Notes: generated by a model from the letters alone, not told the origin. Positions 28,888 to 38,707 are shown, counted from the stretch's first letter. The stretch is DNA of 64,000 nucleotides from Candidatus Woesearchaeota archaeon (GCA_964362915.1 CAYIGH010000003.1:1756-65755), one strand, 5' to 3'. Program-made: numbers and translations.

Positions 28888-31335
28888 ATGAAAGAGGCCA
28901 AGTTTATGAAAATTGCTTTTTTATCAATAATCCTTCTATTTCTAATAACGAATTTTGTCACTGCTGCAATAGAGCCCCGTAATATAGACCAATATTGGCA
29001 GAGAGGTGACGCAAATGATGATGGAAAGCTTGACTTAAGCGATGCTGTCTATGGGCTTAAATATTTATTTTCAGGAGGCGGTCCTATCAGATGCCTGGAA
29101 TTAGGCGACTTAGACAATGATGGAAAAATAGCTCTTAATGATCCTATCTATCTTCTAAATCATTTATTCCAAGGAGGACATCCTCCAGCAACTCCGGAAA
29201 ATATTGAGGAGCAAGATGGAAATGATAGACCATTAGAAATTGGTTTCCTCTATTTTGATTATGCTCAAGAAATTCCAGAAATTGAACTGGAAATTCCAAT
29301 AACTCTATCATTAGCGAGCGAGCAAGGAATAATGAAATATTGCAAAATATCTGCATATCTTGACGCTGACAAAAATAATCCTAAAATAGAAATTCTAGAA
29401 GTTGGCCACCCGGATTTTATTGGAAATCTGCCTAATCCATTAGAATTTATTGTTGGAGACGAAATAGGCGAAAATAGTATGTCGCTTGATAAAACCTATC
29501 TTCTTGAAGCATTGTGTAAAGATGATAAGGGCACTGAAGCAACTACTGCTATAAAAATAAAAACAATTGCCCAAAAAAAACCCCGTGATTGTACCATTGG
29601 AGATATATGTTGCTCAAAAACTGATGGCGCTAAAATTTGCATTTATGGAGATGGTCCACATTCAGAAAAAGCATGCAATGACATTCCCTCTATTGATCCT
29701 AATGATGATTTTCTTCAAGGACAATGGAATGAAGAAGAAACCCCAGAAACCTGTAATATACAAGAAAATCTCCTAGCAAATAACAAAGAAAAAAATCAAA
29801 TTGAATTATTAGGGTCGCCTCCGGATATTCCTGGAAATAATCCTCCAATATCAACCTTAACAGCATGTTGCGAAGTGACTTGCTCTAATGGAGAAAAAAC
29901 CTGCGCACAAACTGTAGAAGACTCCTGCGATAGTTTAATTGAAAACTGGATACCCTATGGATATGCATCTCCTTCAGACTTATGTGATAAAAAATTTCCA
30001 GGCACTTCAGCAACATTAGTAGAATATCGCCCAAGTAAAACCTGCGATACAACACTGGCAATTCCTAAATGCGACTCAAAAAATGGATGTGAAGTAGAAT
30101 CAATAAAAATTCTTAGAAGATTAGATCAATGGGGAGAAATTCCAAGAAGTTTTAGAATGCCTAGGCCTTACATGACAGAAGTTGAAATAATAAATAAAAA
30201 TAAAGAAATCAAAGATGCTGCTGAAGAAATAGGAATATCTGGAACAGCAATGCAAATACCTAAAGCACTTGATGCTAATCATAATCATAATCAACTTCTA
30301 GGATTTGGCGAAGGATGGGTAAAAGGCACGGACGTTAAATTTGAGAAAATAACTAAAAATAGACAACAAAGAATAAATATTCAATTCCTCGGAGATTATA
30401 AGATGGAATATTCATTTGTAGTAAAAGGAGAGTTAAAAGCGACTAGTGACCCAAAAGAATGTGAAAAATATCAATTCACAAAAATCACTGCAAAACGGAT
30501 AGAAAATGGAGTAGGAAAAGAATTTTCTAAATATATTGGAGTAACAGAAAATAAAGATCAACAAGGAAACATAATTAGTACGGAGTTCTTGCTTCCTATA
30601 AATCAGTATCTGTTTTCCTCAGAGGAGCTAAAAAAAGAAAAAAGTCTGCACGAAATGGAAGGAAAACTGCCAAATACAAAAACCCTTCTTGACAAAACTA
30701 CACATATTCCTATAAATGCTTTAAATTCTATACAAGAATCACGTAATGAATTTAAAAATCTTGCTTTATGCTCATATGACTCAGATTCATATTGCGCTGA
30801 TGATTATAGAGAAGAAAGATCGTCAAAATTAGGCGATATAAGAAAAGACCTAGATGCTTTAATCAGTTGGCCAATAATAATGGAAGGATATTTTGAAACG
30901 TCCCCTGTAGTAATCAGAAATCCTATGATAATATGGCACGATAGTCCGGGCTTAATTAATAATCTCAAATATTTTGCGCTTCTGCCTTCACGAACCCGTT
31001 CATATCCTCTACTTCGAGAAACACTTAATTTCCATGAGGAATATCAAGCGTCTTTTATTATGATTATTGAAGATGAAAAACCGCGCCCGTATTCTGAAAA
31101 TGTCAATGGGCAACTACAAACACAATCTGCTCTCCACAGATGGTTATGTGAATTAGAAGATATACATATAAAATCAACAGGGGGCTCTCCAAAAAGATAT
31201 GAGTTAATAGATGAACCAACATGCAAATGCTACCCTCAAAGAAAAAAATCTCCTCAAGATAACTGGGAAAGAATTAAAGGCAAAGAAGGTGATCCCATAA
31301 ATTCAGAAACAGGTTTTATTGAAAAAATCTGCTGA
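28888..31335 (+). CDS. large secreted Cys-rich protein with N-terminal dockerin-like repeat pair (family member P1)
   Basis: Signal peptide. GDANDDGKLDLSDAVYGLKYLF followed by GDLDNDGKIALNDPIYLLNHLF (EF-hand-like dockerin repeats). Cys-rich modules (ACCEVTCSNGEKTCAQTV). Conserved C-terminal module RWLCELEDIHIKS...CKCYPQRKKS. Confidence 0.7.
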   Translation: MKEAKFMKIAFLSIILLFLITNFVTAAIEPRNIDQYWQRGDANDDGKLDLSDAVYGLKYLFSGGGPIRCLELGDLDNDGKIALNDPIYLLNHLFQGGHPPATPENIEEQDGNDRPLEIGFLYFDYAQEIPEIELEIPITLSLASEQGIMKYCKISAYLDADKNNPKIEILEVGHPDFIGNLPNPLEFIVGDEIGENSMSLDKTYLLEALCKDDKGTEATTAIKIKTIAQKKPRDCTIGDICCSKTDGAKICIYGDGPHSEKACNDIPSIDPNDDFLQGQWNEEETPETCNIQENLLANNKEKNQIELLGSPPDIPGNNPPISTLTACCEVTCSNGEKTCAQTVEDSCDSLIENWIPYGYASPSDLCDKKFPGTSATLVEYRPSKTCDTTLAIPKCDSKNGCEVESIKILRRLDQWGEIPRSFRMPRPYMTEVEIINKNKEIKDAAEEIGISGTAMQIPKALDANHNHNQLLGFGEGWVKGTDVKFEKITKNRQQRINIQFLGDYKMEYSFVVKGELKATSDPKECEKYQFTKITAKRIENGVGKEFSKYIGVTENKDQQGNIISTEFLLPINQYLFSSEELKKEKSLHEMEGKLPNTKTLLDKTTHIPINALNSIQESRNEFKNLALCSYDSDSYCADDYREERSSKLGDIRKDLDALISWPIIMEGYFETSPVVIRNPMIIWHDSPGLINNLKYFALLPSRTRSYPLLRETLNFHEEYQASFIMIIEDEKPRPYSENVNGQLQTQSALHRWLCELEDIHIKSTGGSPKRYELIDEPTCKCYPQRKKSPQDNWERIKGKEGDPINSETGFIEKIC

Positions 31336-31370
31336 GAAATATTTATAAACTGCATACATTTAGTCAAATT

Positions 31371-31628
31371 ATGAAAACATTAACAAAATGTCTCCTAACA
31401 GAATGCGCATTAACTCTAGTTAGTATAACTGGAAAATTCGCACTGCAGAAAGAATTTGAAACTCCTAAAGAAGTTATCTTGGACAAATATCTCGGAAGCA
31501 CGCCCCTTGGATTATATAGGGAAGAAAATGTTCTAGACCTAAAGAAAATAAGAATTTATGACCCTGAAAAAAAAGAATATATCTATCCTTTCAGAGATTC
31601 TCCTCAAGAACAAAAAAACAACAAATAA
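31371..31628 (+). CDS. hypothetical protein
   Basis: 85 aa. Confidence 0.3.
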   Translation: MKTLTKCLLTECALTLVSITGKFALQKEFETPKEVILDKYLGSTPLGLYREENVLDLKKIRIYDPEKKEYIYPFRDSPQEQKNNK

Positions 31629-31664
31629 CCAAAACTATATATAAAAACAATTCTCTGAAAAACT

Positions 31665-33218
31665 ATGTTAAATCTGTCTCCTAGAGAATATCAAAAAGCA
31701 ATTTTTGAAACAGCAAAAAACAATAACACGTTAGTCGTGCTCCCCACAGGCCTTGGAAAAACTTTAATATCTCTCCTTTTGGCAGTTGACAGAATACAAA
31801 AATATCCTGCGAAAAAAATTCTCATGCTCGCGCCTACAAGACCTTTAGTAGAACAGCATTTCAATACATTTAAATCCCAGCTCCCGGAATTATATGCTGA
31901 TCTGCAGCTATTTATGGGCTCAATACATCCAAATAAAAGAAAATCAATATTCCAAACAGCAGATATAATCTTCTCAACACCGCAATGCATTGCTAATGAT
32001 CTAAAAAACGACTTATATAATTTAGAAGACGTTTCTCTTTTAATAATGGATGAAGCCCATCGTTGTCTGAAAAACTACGATTATACAGCAGTTGTTAATT
32101 ACTATAAGCAGCAGGCAAAAGCTCAAAGAATCCTGGGCTTAACCGCCTCTCCTGGTTCGGATTCATCAAAAATCAAGGAAATTTGCTCTCATCTCGATAT
32201 AGAAGAAATAGAAGTCCGTACAAGAGATTCAGAAGATGTTAAACCCTATCTAAAAGAAAGAGAATTTCAAAAAGTAGAAGTGCCATTCCCACTAGAATTC
32301 CAAGAAATAAAGGTTCTTCTAAAAAGAATCTATGATGAAAAAGTAGAGCGATTAAAATCAAGAAAACTTCTATTCGGCCCAATAAATAAAATAACTCTCC
32401 TTCAGCTCCAAAATCGTCTTGCAGCCAGAATTCCAATAAGAGACTTTAATGCGATGATAGGGATGTCTTTGACTGCTCAAGCAATAAAAATATCTCATGC
32501 AATGGAGTTGTTAGAAACCCAGACACTTTCAGGCCTAAATGAATATCTTATGAGTTTAATAAAACAAGCACAAGAAAAAAAGAGTCGGGCAGTACAATCT
32601 TTAGTTAAAACTCCTGAATTTAATGCGGTACTGATCTCCCTAAGAAATCTTCAGGCAAAAAAAATAGAGCATCCAAAAATAGAAGAACTTGCAGTACTAG
32701 CAGAAAACCAGTTTAAAGAAAATCAAAATGCTAAAATTATTGTATTTGCACAATTCAGAGAAACAGCCCAAACAATAGTAGATAGATTAAAGCAAATTCC
32801 AGAGATAAAAGCATCTATTTTCATAGGTCAGGCAAAAAAATCAAACTCCAGAGGCACTTCTGGCTTAAATCAAAAAGAACAGAAACAAATAATAGAAAAA
32901 TTCCGTTCGGGAGAAATAAATACCATAGTGGCAACTGCAATAGGAGAAGAAGGACTTGATATTCCGGAAGTTAGCGCAGTAATATTTTATGAGCCAATCC
33001 CTTCAGCAATAAGGAAAATCCAAAGAGCAGGAAGAACCGCCCGCCTCTCTCCAGGAAAATTAATCATCTTGATGACTAAAGACACCCGCGATATAGCATT
33101 CCATTATGCCTCATCAGCAAAAGAAAGAAAAATGTATAAAACTCTGGATGTTGTAAAACAAGAATTGAAAGAAAAGCAAAAAGATAATTCTCCGGCTCTT
33201 TCAGATTTTAAAACTTAA
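31665..33218 (+). CDS. hef: Hef-like DEAH-box helicase (helicase half only)
   Basis: Motifs PREYQKAIF, LPTGLGKT (Walker A), MDEAHR (DEAH), QRAGRTAR (motif VI). No nuclease domain in this ORF. Confidence 0.8.
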   Translation: MLNLSPREYQKAIFETAKNNNTLVVLPTGLGKTLISLLLAVDRIQKYPAKKILMLAPTRPLVEQHFNTFKSQLPELYADLQLFMGSIHPNKRKSIFQTADIIFSTPQCIANDLKNDLYNLEDVSLLIMDEAHRCLKNYDYTAVVNYYKQQAKAQRILGLTASPGSDSSKIKEICSHLDIEEIEVRTRDSEDVKPYLKEREFQKVEVPFPLEFQEIKVLLKRIYDEKVERLKSRKLLFGPINKITLLQLQNRLAARIPIRDFNAMIGMSLTAQAIKISHAMELLETQTLSGLNEYLMSLIKQAQEKKSRAVQSLVKTPEFNAVLISLRNLQAKKIEHPKIEELAVLAENQFKENQNAKIIVFAQFRETAQTIVDRLKQIPEIKASIFIGQAKKSNSRGTSGLNQKEQKQIIEKFRSGEINTIVATAIGEEGLDIPEVSAVIFYEPIPSAIRKIQRAGRTARLSPGKLIILMTKDTRDIAFHYASSAKERKMYKTLDVVKQELKEKQKDNSPALSDFKT

Positions 33219-33219
33219 A

Positions 33220-33447
33220 ATGAAAAATATACGGCTAAAACCCTGCCTAAAAAACTTAGAAAAGAAAAAAATAATTTCAAAAAGACCGCATCCTATAATT
33301 CCATTCATTATAACTGCTATAATCCCTCTCCTCTTCTTTATCAAAACATCTAATTATATATTAACAATCTCAATATACATATTATTCATCTTCTCATTAA
33401 TATTCTCAATTATCCATCTAATAATCTACAAACTCCTCCCTGCCTAA
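33220..33447 (+). CDS. small membrane protein
   Basis: 75 aa, two TM helices. Confidence 0.3.
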   Translation: MKNIRLKPCLKNLEKKKIISKRPHPIIPFIITAIIPLLFFIKTSNYILTISIYILFIFSLIFSIIHLIIYKLLPA

Positions 33448-33511
33448 AATGTTCCACAGCCTTTCAACAAAAACCCAAAACATTTATATATACATATACG
33501 TATACATATAT

Positions 33512-33724
33512 ATGTCAAAACTAATTAATATCTCAAATGAAATTTACAAAAAGCTTTCTACTATAAAAGGAAAAGAAAGCTTCTCTATAATAATTGAAAA
33601 TTTGTTGGAAAAAAAAACAAATAAAGATGCCATTTTAGCATGTGCCGGAAAAGGAGGCTTAAACGAAGATGCGTTAAAATCTCTTCGCAAAGACTGGAAA
33701 AAATGGTCAGACAAATATGCTTAG
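33512..33724 (+). CDS. vapB: VapB-like antitoxin
   Basis: Start at MSKLINISNEIYKKLSTIKGKESFSIIIENLL (archaeal VapB-type pattern). Overlaps the downstream PIN gene. Confidence 0.5.
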   Translation: MSKLINISNEIYKKLSTIKGKESFSIIIENLLEKKTNKDAILACAGKGGLNEDALKSLRKDWKKWSDKYA

Positions 33725-34083
33725 ATTCTGATGTTCTCATTGATCTGGTTCTGGGAAAAGAAGAAATAATAAATTTCATACAACAAACAGAAGCAGAATG
33801 GTTTACAACCACTATAAACATTTTCGAAATTTTGTCAGAGAGCAACGAAAAACAAAAAAATATTGAGAATTTAATCATAGGACTCAAAAAAATAGATTGG
33901 GATGAAAAATCAGCATTAAAAGCAGGAGAAATAAGAAAGGCCCTGAAAGAGAAAGGAGATATCATAGAAATAAGAGATATTTTTATAGGAGCGGCATGTA
34001 TTGAAAATAAACTCGAACTTTTAACAAATAATAAAAAACATTTTGAAAGAATGAAACAATTTGGATTAAAATTAATAGAATAA
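33703..34083 (+). CDS. vapC: PIN-domain toxin VapC
   Basis: MVRQICLDSDVLIDL (first acidic residue) and IFIGAACIENKLELLTNNKKHFE. Overlaps vapB by 22 nt. Confidence 0.65.
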   Translation: MVRQICLDSDVLIDLVLGKEEIINFIQQTEAEWFTTTINIFEILSESNEKQKNIENLIIGLKKIDWDEKSALKAGEIRKALKEKGDIIEIRDIFIGAACIENKLELLTNNKKHFERMKQFGLKLIE

Positions 34084-34124
34084 AAACAACTAAAATTTAA
34101 ATAATTCTATCGTCCTATTATATC

Positions 34125-34799
34125 ATGGTCTTTCACAACATCTTCTCAAAAAAATCAATTAAAGAAAAAACCTCTCAAATAATTATAATAGACAATAGAG
34201 AGAAAAATTCTCTCGTCATCTCGGAATTAATATCATTAAATGCAAAAATTGAATTAAAGCAATTAGAAGTTGCAGACTATATTATAGGCAATACAGCAAT
34301 CGAAAGAAAAACAATTTCTGATTTAATCTCTTCCATGCTTAATAAAAGACTTTTTCCGCAATTAGAAAACCTAAAACAATATGAAAACTGTCTTTTAATC
34401 ATCGAAAACTATCAAAACCTGGATTTAAAAGAAACAAAACTAAATGAAAATGCAATACGAGGCCTTCTCCTCTCAATCTCCTTAGATTATAAAATTCCAA
34501 TAATATTTACAAAAGACGAAAAAGATACAGCAATGTTTCTTAGCCTTATAGCAAAAAAGAAAAAAACAGAAATCTCGCTAAGAGCAAAACTCAAAATAAA
34601 GGACTCTCAAAGATTGCAATTTATTTTAGAAGGTTTCCCAAACATAGGCCCAAAAACAGCTAAAAAACTGCTAAAAAAATATAAAACAATAAAATCAATT
34701 ATAAATGCGCAGAAAGAAGAAATAAAATTCTTAATAGGAAAAAAAGCAGATAAATTTATAGAATTGATAAATAAAAAATATAAAGAAAAACTACCCTAG
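34125..34799 (+). CDS. xpf: XPF/ERCC4-family nuclease with C-terminal HhH2 (nuclease half of Hef)
   Basis: ERCC4 motif VADYIIGNTAIERKTISDLISS (ERK..D). HhH GFPNIGPKTAKKLLKKY. Confidence 0.8.
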   Translation: MVFHNIFSKKSIKEKTSQIIIIDNREKNSLVISELISLNAKIELKQLEVADYIIGNTAIERKTISDLISSMLNKRLFPQLENLKQYENCLLIIENYQNLDLKETKLNENAIRGLLLSISLDYKIPIIFTKDEKDTAMFLSLIAKKKKTEISLRAKLKIKDSQRLQFILEGFPNIGPKTAKKLLKKYKTIKSIINAQKEEIKFLIGKKADKFIELINKKYKEKLP

Positions 34800-35351
34800 T
34801 CTATAAACTTCCAAATCCTTGTAAACTGGCCCTAATTCTCTAAGTTCACTTTCCTTCAGCTTAAATTCATTAACTTTAAATCTCACATCTCGCAATTTCA
34901 ATCCAGAAACATAATCCATAAAATCTTTTTTATCTTTGACATATTTTACGCGGGCAATTGTCATGTGACTCATAAATCTCTCCTCTTCCTTGAATCCACA
35001 TTCTTTCAAAATCATATCCACTTTTTTCTGCAGCTCAAATATTCCTTTTCCAGCAACTTTTATCCAGACAATTCTTGGCATGCCATGAAAATTAAAAGTT
35101 CCTGCTTTCTCCAATCTCGCCTCAAATTTCTCAAATTTAACCTCCCTCAGCTTCTGCATAACTTCCTCCAATTTCAAATCATCAATTTCCCCAAGAAACT
35201 TAAGTGTTAAGTGTGCATTTTCTAATTCAGTTAATTTCCCGGTAAATTTTCTCTTTCCCAAAATATTCTGCACACGAGCCACTTCTTTTATAACATTATC
35301 AGGAAGCTCAATAGCTATAAAAGTCCTATGTACTCTTTCATTTTCTTCCAT
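34791..35351 (-). CDS. thpR: RNA 2',3'-cyclic phosphodiesterase / 2'-5' RNA ligase (2H family, LigT/ThpR)
   Basis: Two H-x-T-x motifs (AHLTLKFLG and SHMTIARV). Confidence 0.75.
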   Translation of the reverse strand: MEENERVHRTFIAIELPDNVIKEVARVQNILGKRKFTGKLTELENAHLTLKFLGEIDDLKLEEVMQKLREVKFEKFEARLEKAGTFNFHGMPRIVWIKVAGKGIFELQKKVDMILKECGFKEEERFMSHMTIARVKYVKDKKDFMDYVSGLKLRDVRFKVNEFKLKESELRELGPVYKDLEVYRLG

Positions 35352-35580
35352 ATTTCATTTCAACAAAATTCTCAATTTTCTCTTTATTATAAATAAAAGG
35401 AATATGCTTCTTTTTTTCAAAATAATCAGAAGTTTTCCTAATTTTTTCAATAGCCCTTTCTCTTTTTGACATAGAATAATATGCCTTTTCCCTATTAAAA
35501 CAATAAAACACGCCTAAAATAATTCCGCAAGAAAACATTGCATATCCAAGTAATACCAAACTCTCCAGTCTTCTTTCCAT
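35338..35580 (-). CDS. small membrane protein
   Basis: 80 aa, one TM helix. Confidence 0.35.
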   Translation of the reverse strand: MERRLESLVLLGYAMFSCGIILGVFYCFNREKAYYSMSKRERAIEKIRKTSDYFEKKKHIPFIYNKEKIENFVEMKYGRK

Positions 35581-35610
35581 AAAATGAACACTCTAATTGA
35601 ATATTTAAAT

Positions 35611-35725
35611 TTTTTACCTTTTTAACATTTCCAAGAGGATTGAAATTATATACCTCAAGTTAAAAAGCTTCATCACATTCAACAAAGTTCAGGGCAATAT
35701 AAAAGTGTACAAGAAATCATCTCTT
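35611..35725. repeat. intergenic repeat family copy R1 (core plus 3' module)
   Basis: Core ttttacctttttaacatttccaagaggattgaaattatatacctcaag. 3' module ttcaacaaagttcagggcaatataaaagtgtacaagaaatcatctctt, about 88% identical to 38654-38705. Confidence 0.6.
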
Positions 35726-36003
35726 CCATTTCCCTATCAAGAATTCATTGTTGAAAGCTCAGAGTATCAAGGAGAATTTTTCGTAGCGACAATTGATAGA
35801 CCAATGTAGGTTCTCGGAAAACCTTGCCCATCAGAAAGAAGCGATCTTTTTGGCCCTATCAACAACTACGGCTTAGACCCAGCAATAGGGGCCGCCCACT
35901 GTAAAATATTTAAATACGATATTCCAAAAATAAGATAAAGAGGACAAAAAATGAGCAAAACACTTAAAGAGTCAGGTTCTCTAAGAATAGAATAAAAAGA
36001 AAA

Positions 36004-37323
36004 ATGAGCAAAACACTTCAAATCAGCAAGATCGCAATGTGTGGTGTATGCCTTATCTTCAGCATTGCAACAGTCTTCGCAGCATACGCAGAAATAACCG
36101 CTCCCCAACAAAATGAGTATGTAAATGATGAGGAAATCTCTATTGAAGGAATTGCAATTGCTGATGAGGGCTCTACGTTTACTAAATGGGTACTTGAGCT
36201 CGGAGCCTTTGATCAAGGAATCTTTAATCCAACAAGAACACTCACTTCATCAACAGAGCAAAAAAGAGGCAGTGTAGATGAAGAAGAATTAATAGAAGAA
36301 GATGAAGAAAGATTAATAAGGGGTGTCCCTCTTTATACTCTTGATCTTTCCAGCCTCCCTATAGGAGAGCACGCACTCCGTCTTACAGCAATAGACACGA
36401 AAGGAGTAGATACATTTACCGCCGCTTTCTATAAAACTCAGAGCATTAAACTCAATCTCAGGCATCATCTCAACAAAGAATTCTATCAAGTCATTATCTT
36501 CTTTTATGGAGAGATAATAACATTCTTTACTGTTGAGTCAGACCCTTTATATGCAAAAGTTCTGGGTAATGGGAATCCAGATCCAGAGCAAGGCCCTATC
36601 ACAGACTGTCTCTCTGCCTGCGACCTTACTATAGATCTCTTCTCTATAGAAGAAAAAGCACAGGAAGAAGGAGATATCCAAGTCATCGCAGAAGATACTG
36701 ATGGAACATTCTACTCCTTTTACAAAAAATTTGATGCAAGAAATGGCATCAAAGAATTCACGTTTGATACTTCAACGACAAGAGAAATAAAAGCAATTGA
36801 AAGAGCAAAAGCCCGCCTTCCGTCATCGGCAGAGTATGTTCTTGCATATTCTCCAGAATATCCCTTTTATTTTATGCCAACTGATGAAACCGACTCTCTC
36901 AAAATACAAGTAGACACCAGAGAAGAAAACAATCTTCGCTACAATGATTATGAGCTCACAATCCGCTTTGACCTCATCCAAGGAGAGAACATCGTCTACG
37001 CCGAAGTTCCTCTTTTCTACCCTTTTGAAGAAAGCCAGGAAGAAAAAGATTTTATCAGAGGAGATGTTGACGGGAGTGGCAGAGTGGATATCAGCGATGC
37101 TATTTTCATCCTAAACTACTTATTTGCAGGAGGTGCTTCTCCAAGATGTGAAGACGCAGCAGATGCAAATGACGACGGAAAAATCGAAATAGCAGATGCA
37201 ATCAACATCCTTTCTTTCCTGTTCACAGGGGGAAAACCACTCCCTCCACCCGACATAAATACACCAGCAGGTTTTCGTTTTGATACAACCTCTGACAGAT
37301 TCATCTGTATACAGGAGATTTAA
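36004..37323 (+). CDS. secreted protein with C-terminal dockerin-like repeat pair (P5)
   Basis: Signal peptide. C-terminal GDVDGSGRVDISDAIFILNYLFAGGASPRC followed by ADANDDGKIEIADAINILSFLFTGG. Confidence 0.6.
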   Translation: MSKTLQISKIAMCGVCLIFSIATVFAAYAEITAPQQNEYVNDEEISIEGIAIADEGSTFTKWVLELGAFDQGIFNPTRTLTSSTEQKRGSVDEEELIEEDEERLIRGVPLYTLDLSSLPIGEHALRLTAIDTKGVDTFTAAFYKTQSIKLNLRHHLNKEFYQVIIFFYGEIITFFTVESDPLYAKVLGNGNPDPEQGPITDCLSACDLTIDLFSIEEKAQEEGDIQVIAEDTDGTFYSFYKKFDARNGIKEFTFDTSTTREIKAIERAKARLPSSAEYVLAYSPEYPFYFMPTDETDSLKIQVDTREENNLRYNDYELTIRFDLIQGENIVYAEVPLFYPFEESQEEKDFIRGDVDGSGRVDISDAIFILNYLFAGGASPRCEDAADANDDGKIEIADAINILSFLFTGGKPLPPPDINTPAGFRFDTTSDRFICIQEI

Positions 37324-37324
37324 A

Positions 37325-38437
37325 ATGCAAAGATATATTATCAAAAAACAACTGTTCGTTTTAGGAGCCTTTTTCATAATCATACTCATCTCTTCAGCAT
37401 CTGCTGTTGAAAGAGTTAAATACACACCACCAAAAGAACGACCGATAATTGCTAATGGTTTGTGGTTAATCAATGAAAAACCAGGAACAGCGGAAGGAGG
37501 ACTTACCCCAACAGGTCGAGACCATACAGGTCGACAAGAATATCGATACAGCCCAGAAGCAAAACTTGATGGAACAGCTGCCCCTGACAGAGTAAAAGTA
37601 AAAAATGGATTTATCTATATTGAATCATGGGTTGGTCCTGTATATAATTACGAGGGGCATCCAAACGACGGAGAAGCTATAGTGGGGTCACAGGCACTTA
37701 CTCCAGAAGGGAAAAAAATACCAATAAAGGAAGAGGGTGATTGGATACCTTCTATAGGAAGAAACGAAAAAAAGGGCCAGGTAAAGTGCGAAGAAATCAG
37801 TGAAATTATCCTTGACCTAAAGGGTGGAGATGATATAGCTGTTGAATTACCAGCATGTGACACGACAAATAAAGAAACATGGGGGGGCGTACATGCTATC
37901 GATGGATCAAAAATTATGCGATCTGTTGAGCCTAAGAAATTTATAACGGCTGACCTCGGACGTGGAGATGATAAAATCCTTACAGGTCGTGGAAAAGGTC
38001 ATACAGTAAAGGGAATAGGAGGCAATGATAACATCATAATGCAAGGAAAGGGATCGAATCATGTAGCTGGAGGAGATAATGATGACACGATTTTTGGGAG
38101 CTATTACAGTAAAAGTGAAAACTCCATTTGCGGTGGCAAAGACAAGGATACGATTACAGCAAGAGGCGGCACAAACAAAATACGAGGAGCAGACGGAACT
38201 GATACAATAACAATAATGAAAGGAAAAGGAAAGGGGCAGGGTGATGAGCCAAAAGAAGAAGATGGTATGAAAAAAGATGAAATGATTTGTGATGAGGATA
38301 GCTCAGATATAAAATGTGATCCCGATACCCTCGAAGAACCAATAATCTTTGTGGATCCTGACCTCGCAGCAGATTGTCCTAAAAATCAAGAATCAGATAA
38401 TCCCACACCTCCTCCAGAACCCCCGATCTCACATTAG
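37325..38437 (+). CDS. secreted protein with RTX/hemolysin-type Ca-binding nonapeptide-like repeats
   Basis: Start at MQRYIIKK (signal peptide) right after the P5 stop. Repeats GGNDNIIMQ, GGDNDDTIFG, GGKDKDTITARGG, GADGTDTITI. Pro-rich C-terminus. Confidence 0.55.
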   Translation: MQRYIIKKQLFVLGAFFIIILISSASAVERVKYTPPKERPIIANGLWLINEKPGTAEGGLTPTGRDHTGRQEYRYSPEAKLDGTAAPDRVKVKNGFIYIESWVGPVYNYEGHPNDGEAIVGSQALTPEGKKIPIKEEGDWIPSIGRNEKKGQVKCEEISEIILDLKGGDDIAVELPACDTTNKETWGGVHAIDGSKIMRSVEPKKFITADLGRGDDKILTGRGKGHTVKGIGGNDNIIMQGKGSNHVAGGDNDDTIFGSYYSKSENSICGGKDKDTITARGGTNKIRGADGTDTITIMKGKGKGQGDEPKEEDGMKKDEMICDEDSSDIKCDPDTLEEPIIFVDPDLAADCPKNQESDNPTPPPEPPISH

Positions 38438-38496
38438 TAGATGACTTTTCCAGGTAAAATAAGTTCTTCTATTCGTGTTAATCAAAATTACTATCA

Positions 38497-38707
38497 TTAA
38501 TTCCCAAGCAATTGAAATGATATACATCGAGTTAAATTTTACCTCTTTTTAATTCCCAGGGTATTGAAATTATGTACAACGAGCTGATTTCATAACCTCC
38601 TTATCAATAAATAGAGCAATATAAATAATAGTAGTTCAAGTCAAAACTCTTCACCTCCTTCAACAAAGTTTAGGACCACATAAAAGTGCACAAGAAATCA
38701 TCTCTTT
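38497..38707. repeat. intergenic repeat family copies R2a and R2b (tandem cores plus 3' module)
   Basis: Two tandem core units (taattcccaagcaattgaaatgatatacatcgagttaaa, then ttttacctctttttaattcccagggtattgaaattatgtacaacgag), followed by the conserved 3' module ending at the stop of gene 38698..39741. Confidence 0.6.

Noticed and set aside
28999-29010. RGD tripeptide at the start of the first dockerin repeat in five of six family members
   Set aside because: It is tempting as an integrin-type cell-attachment motif. However, the D is the first Ca-coordinating residue of the loop and G precedes it in canonical dockerins, so it is probably structural rather than an adhesion motif.
33484-33511. 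TA-rich quasi-palindrome ATATATACATATACGTATACATATATAT before vapB
   Set aside because: It is an imperfect palindrome and is more simply an AT-rich TATA/promoter region for the toxin-antitoxin operon. Noted only as a possible operator.
35866-36216. 116-aa minus-strand ORF overlapping the start of the dockerin gene 36004..37323
   Set aside because: It overlaps a signal-peptide-bearing gene on the other strand and has no motif. It is more likely spurious. The underlying GC-richer patch is reported separately.
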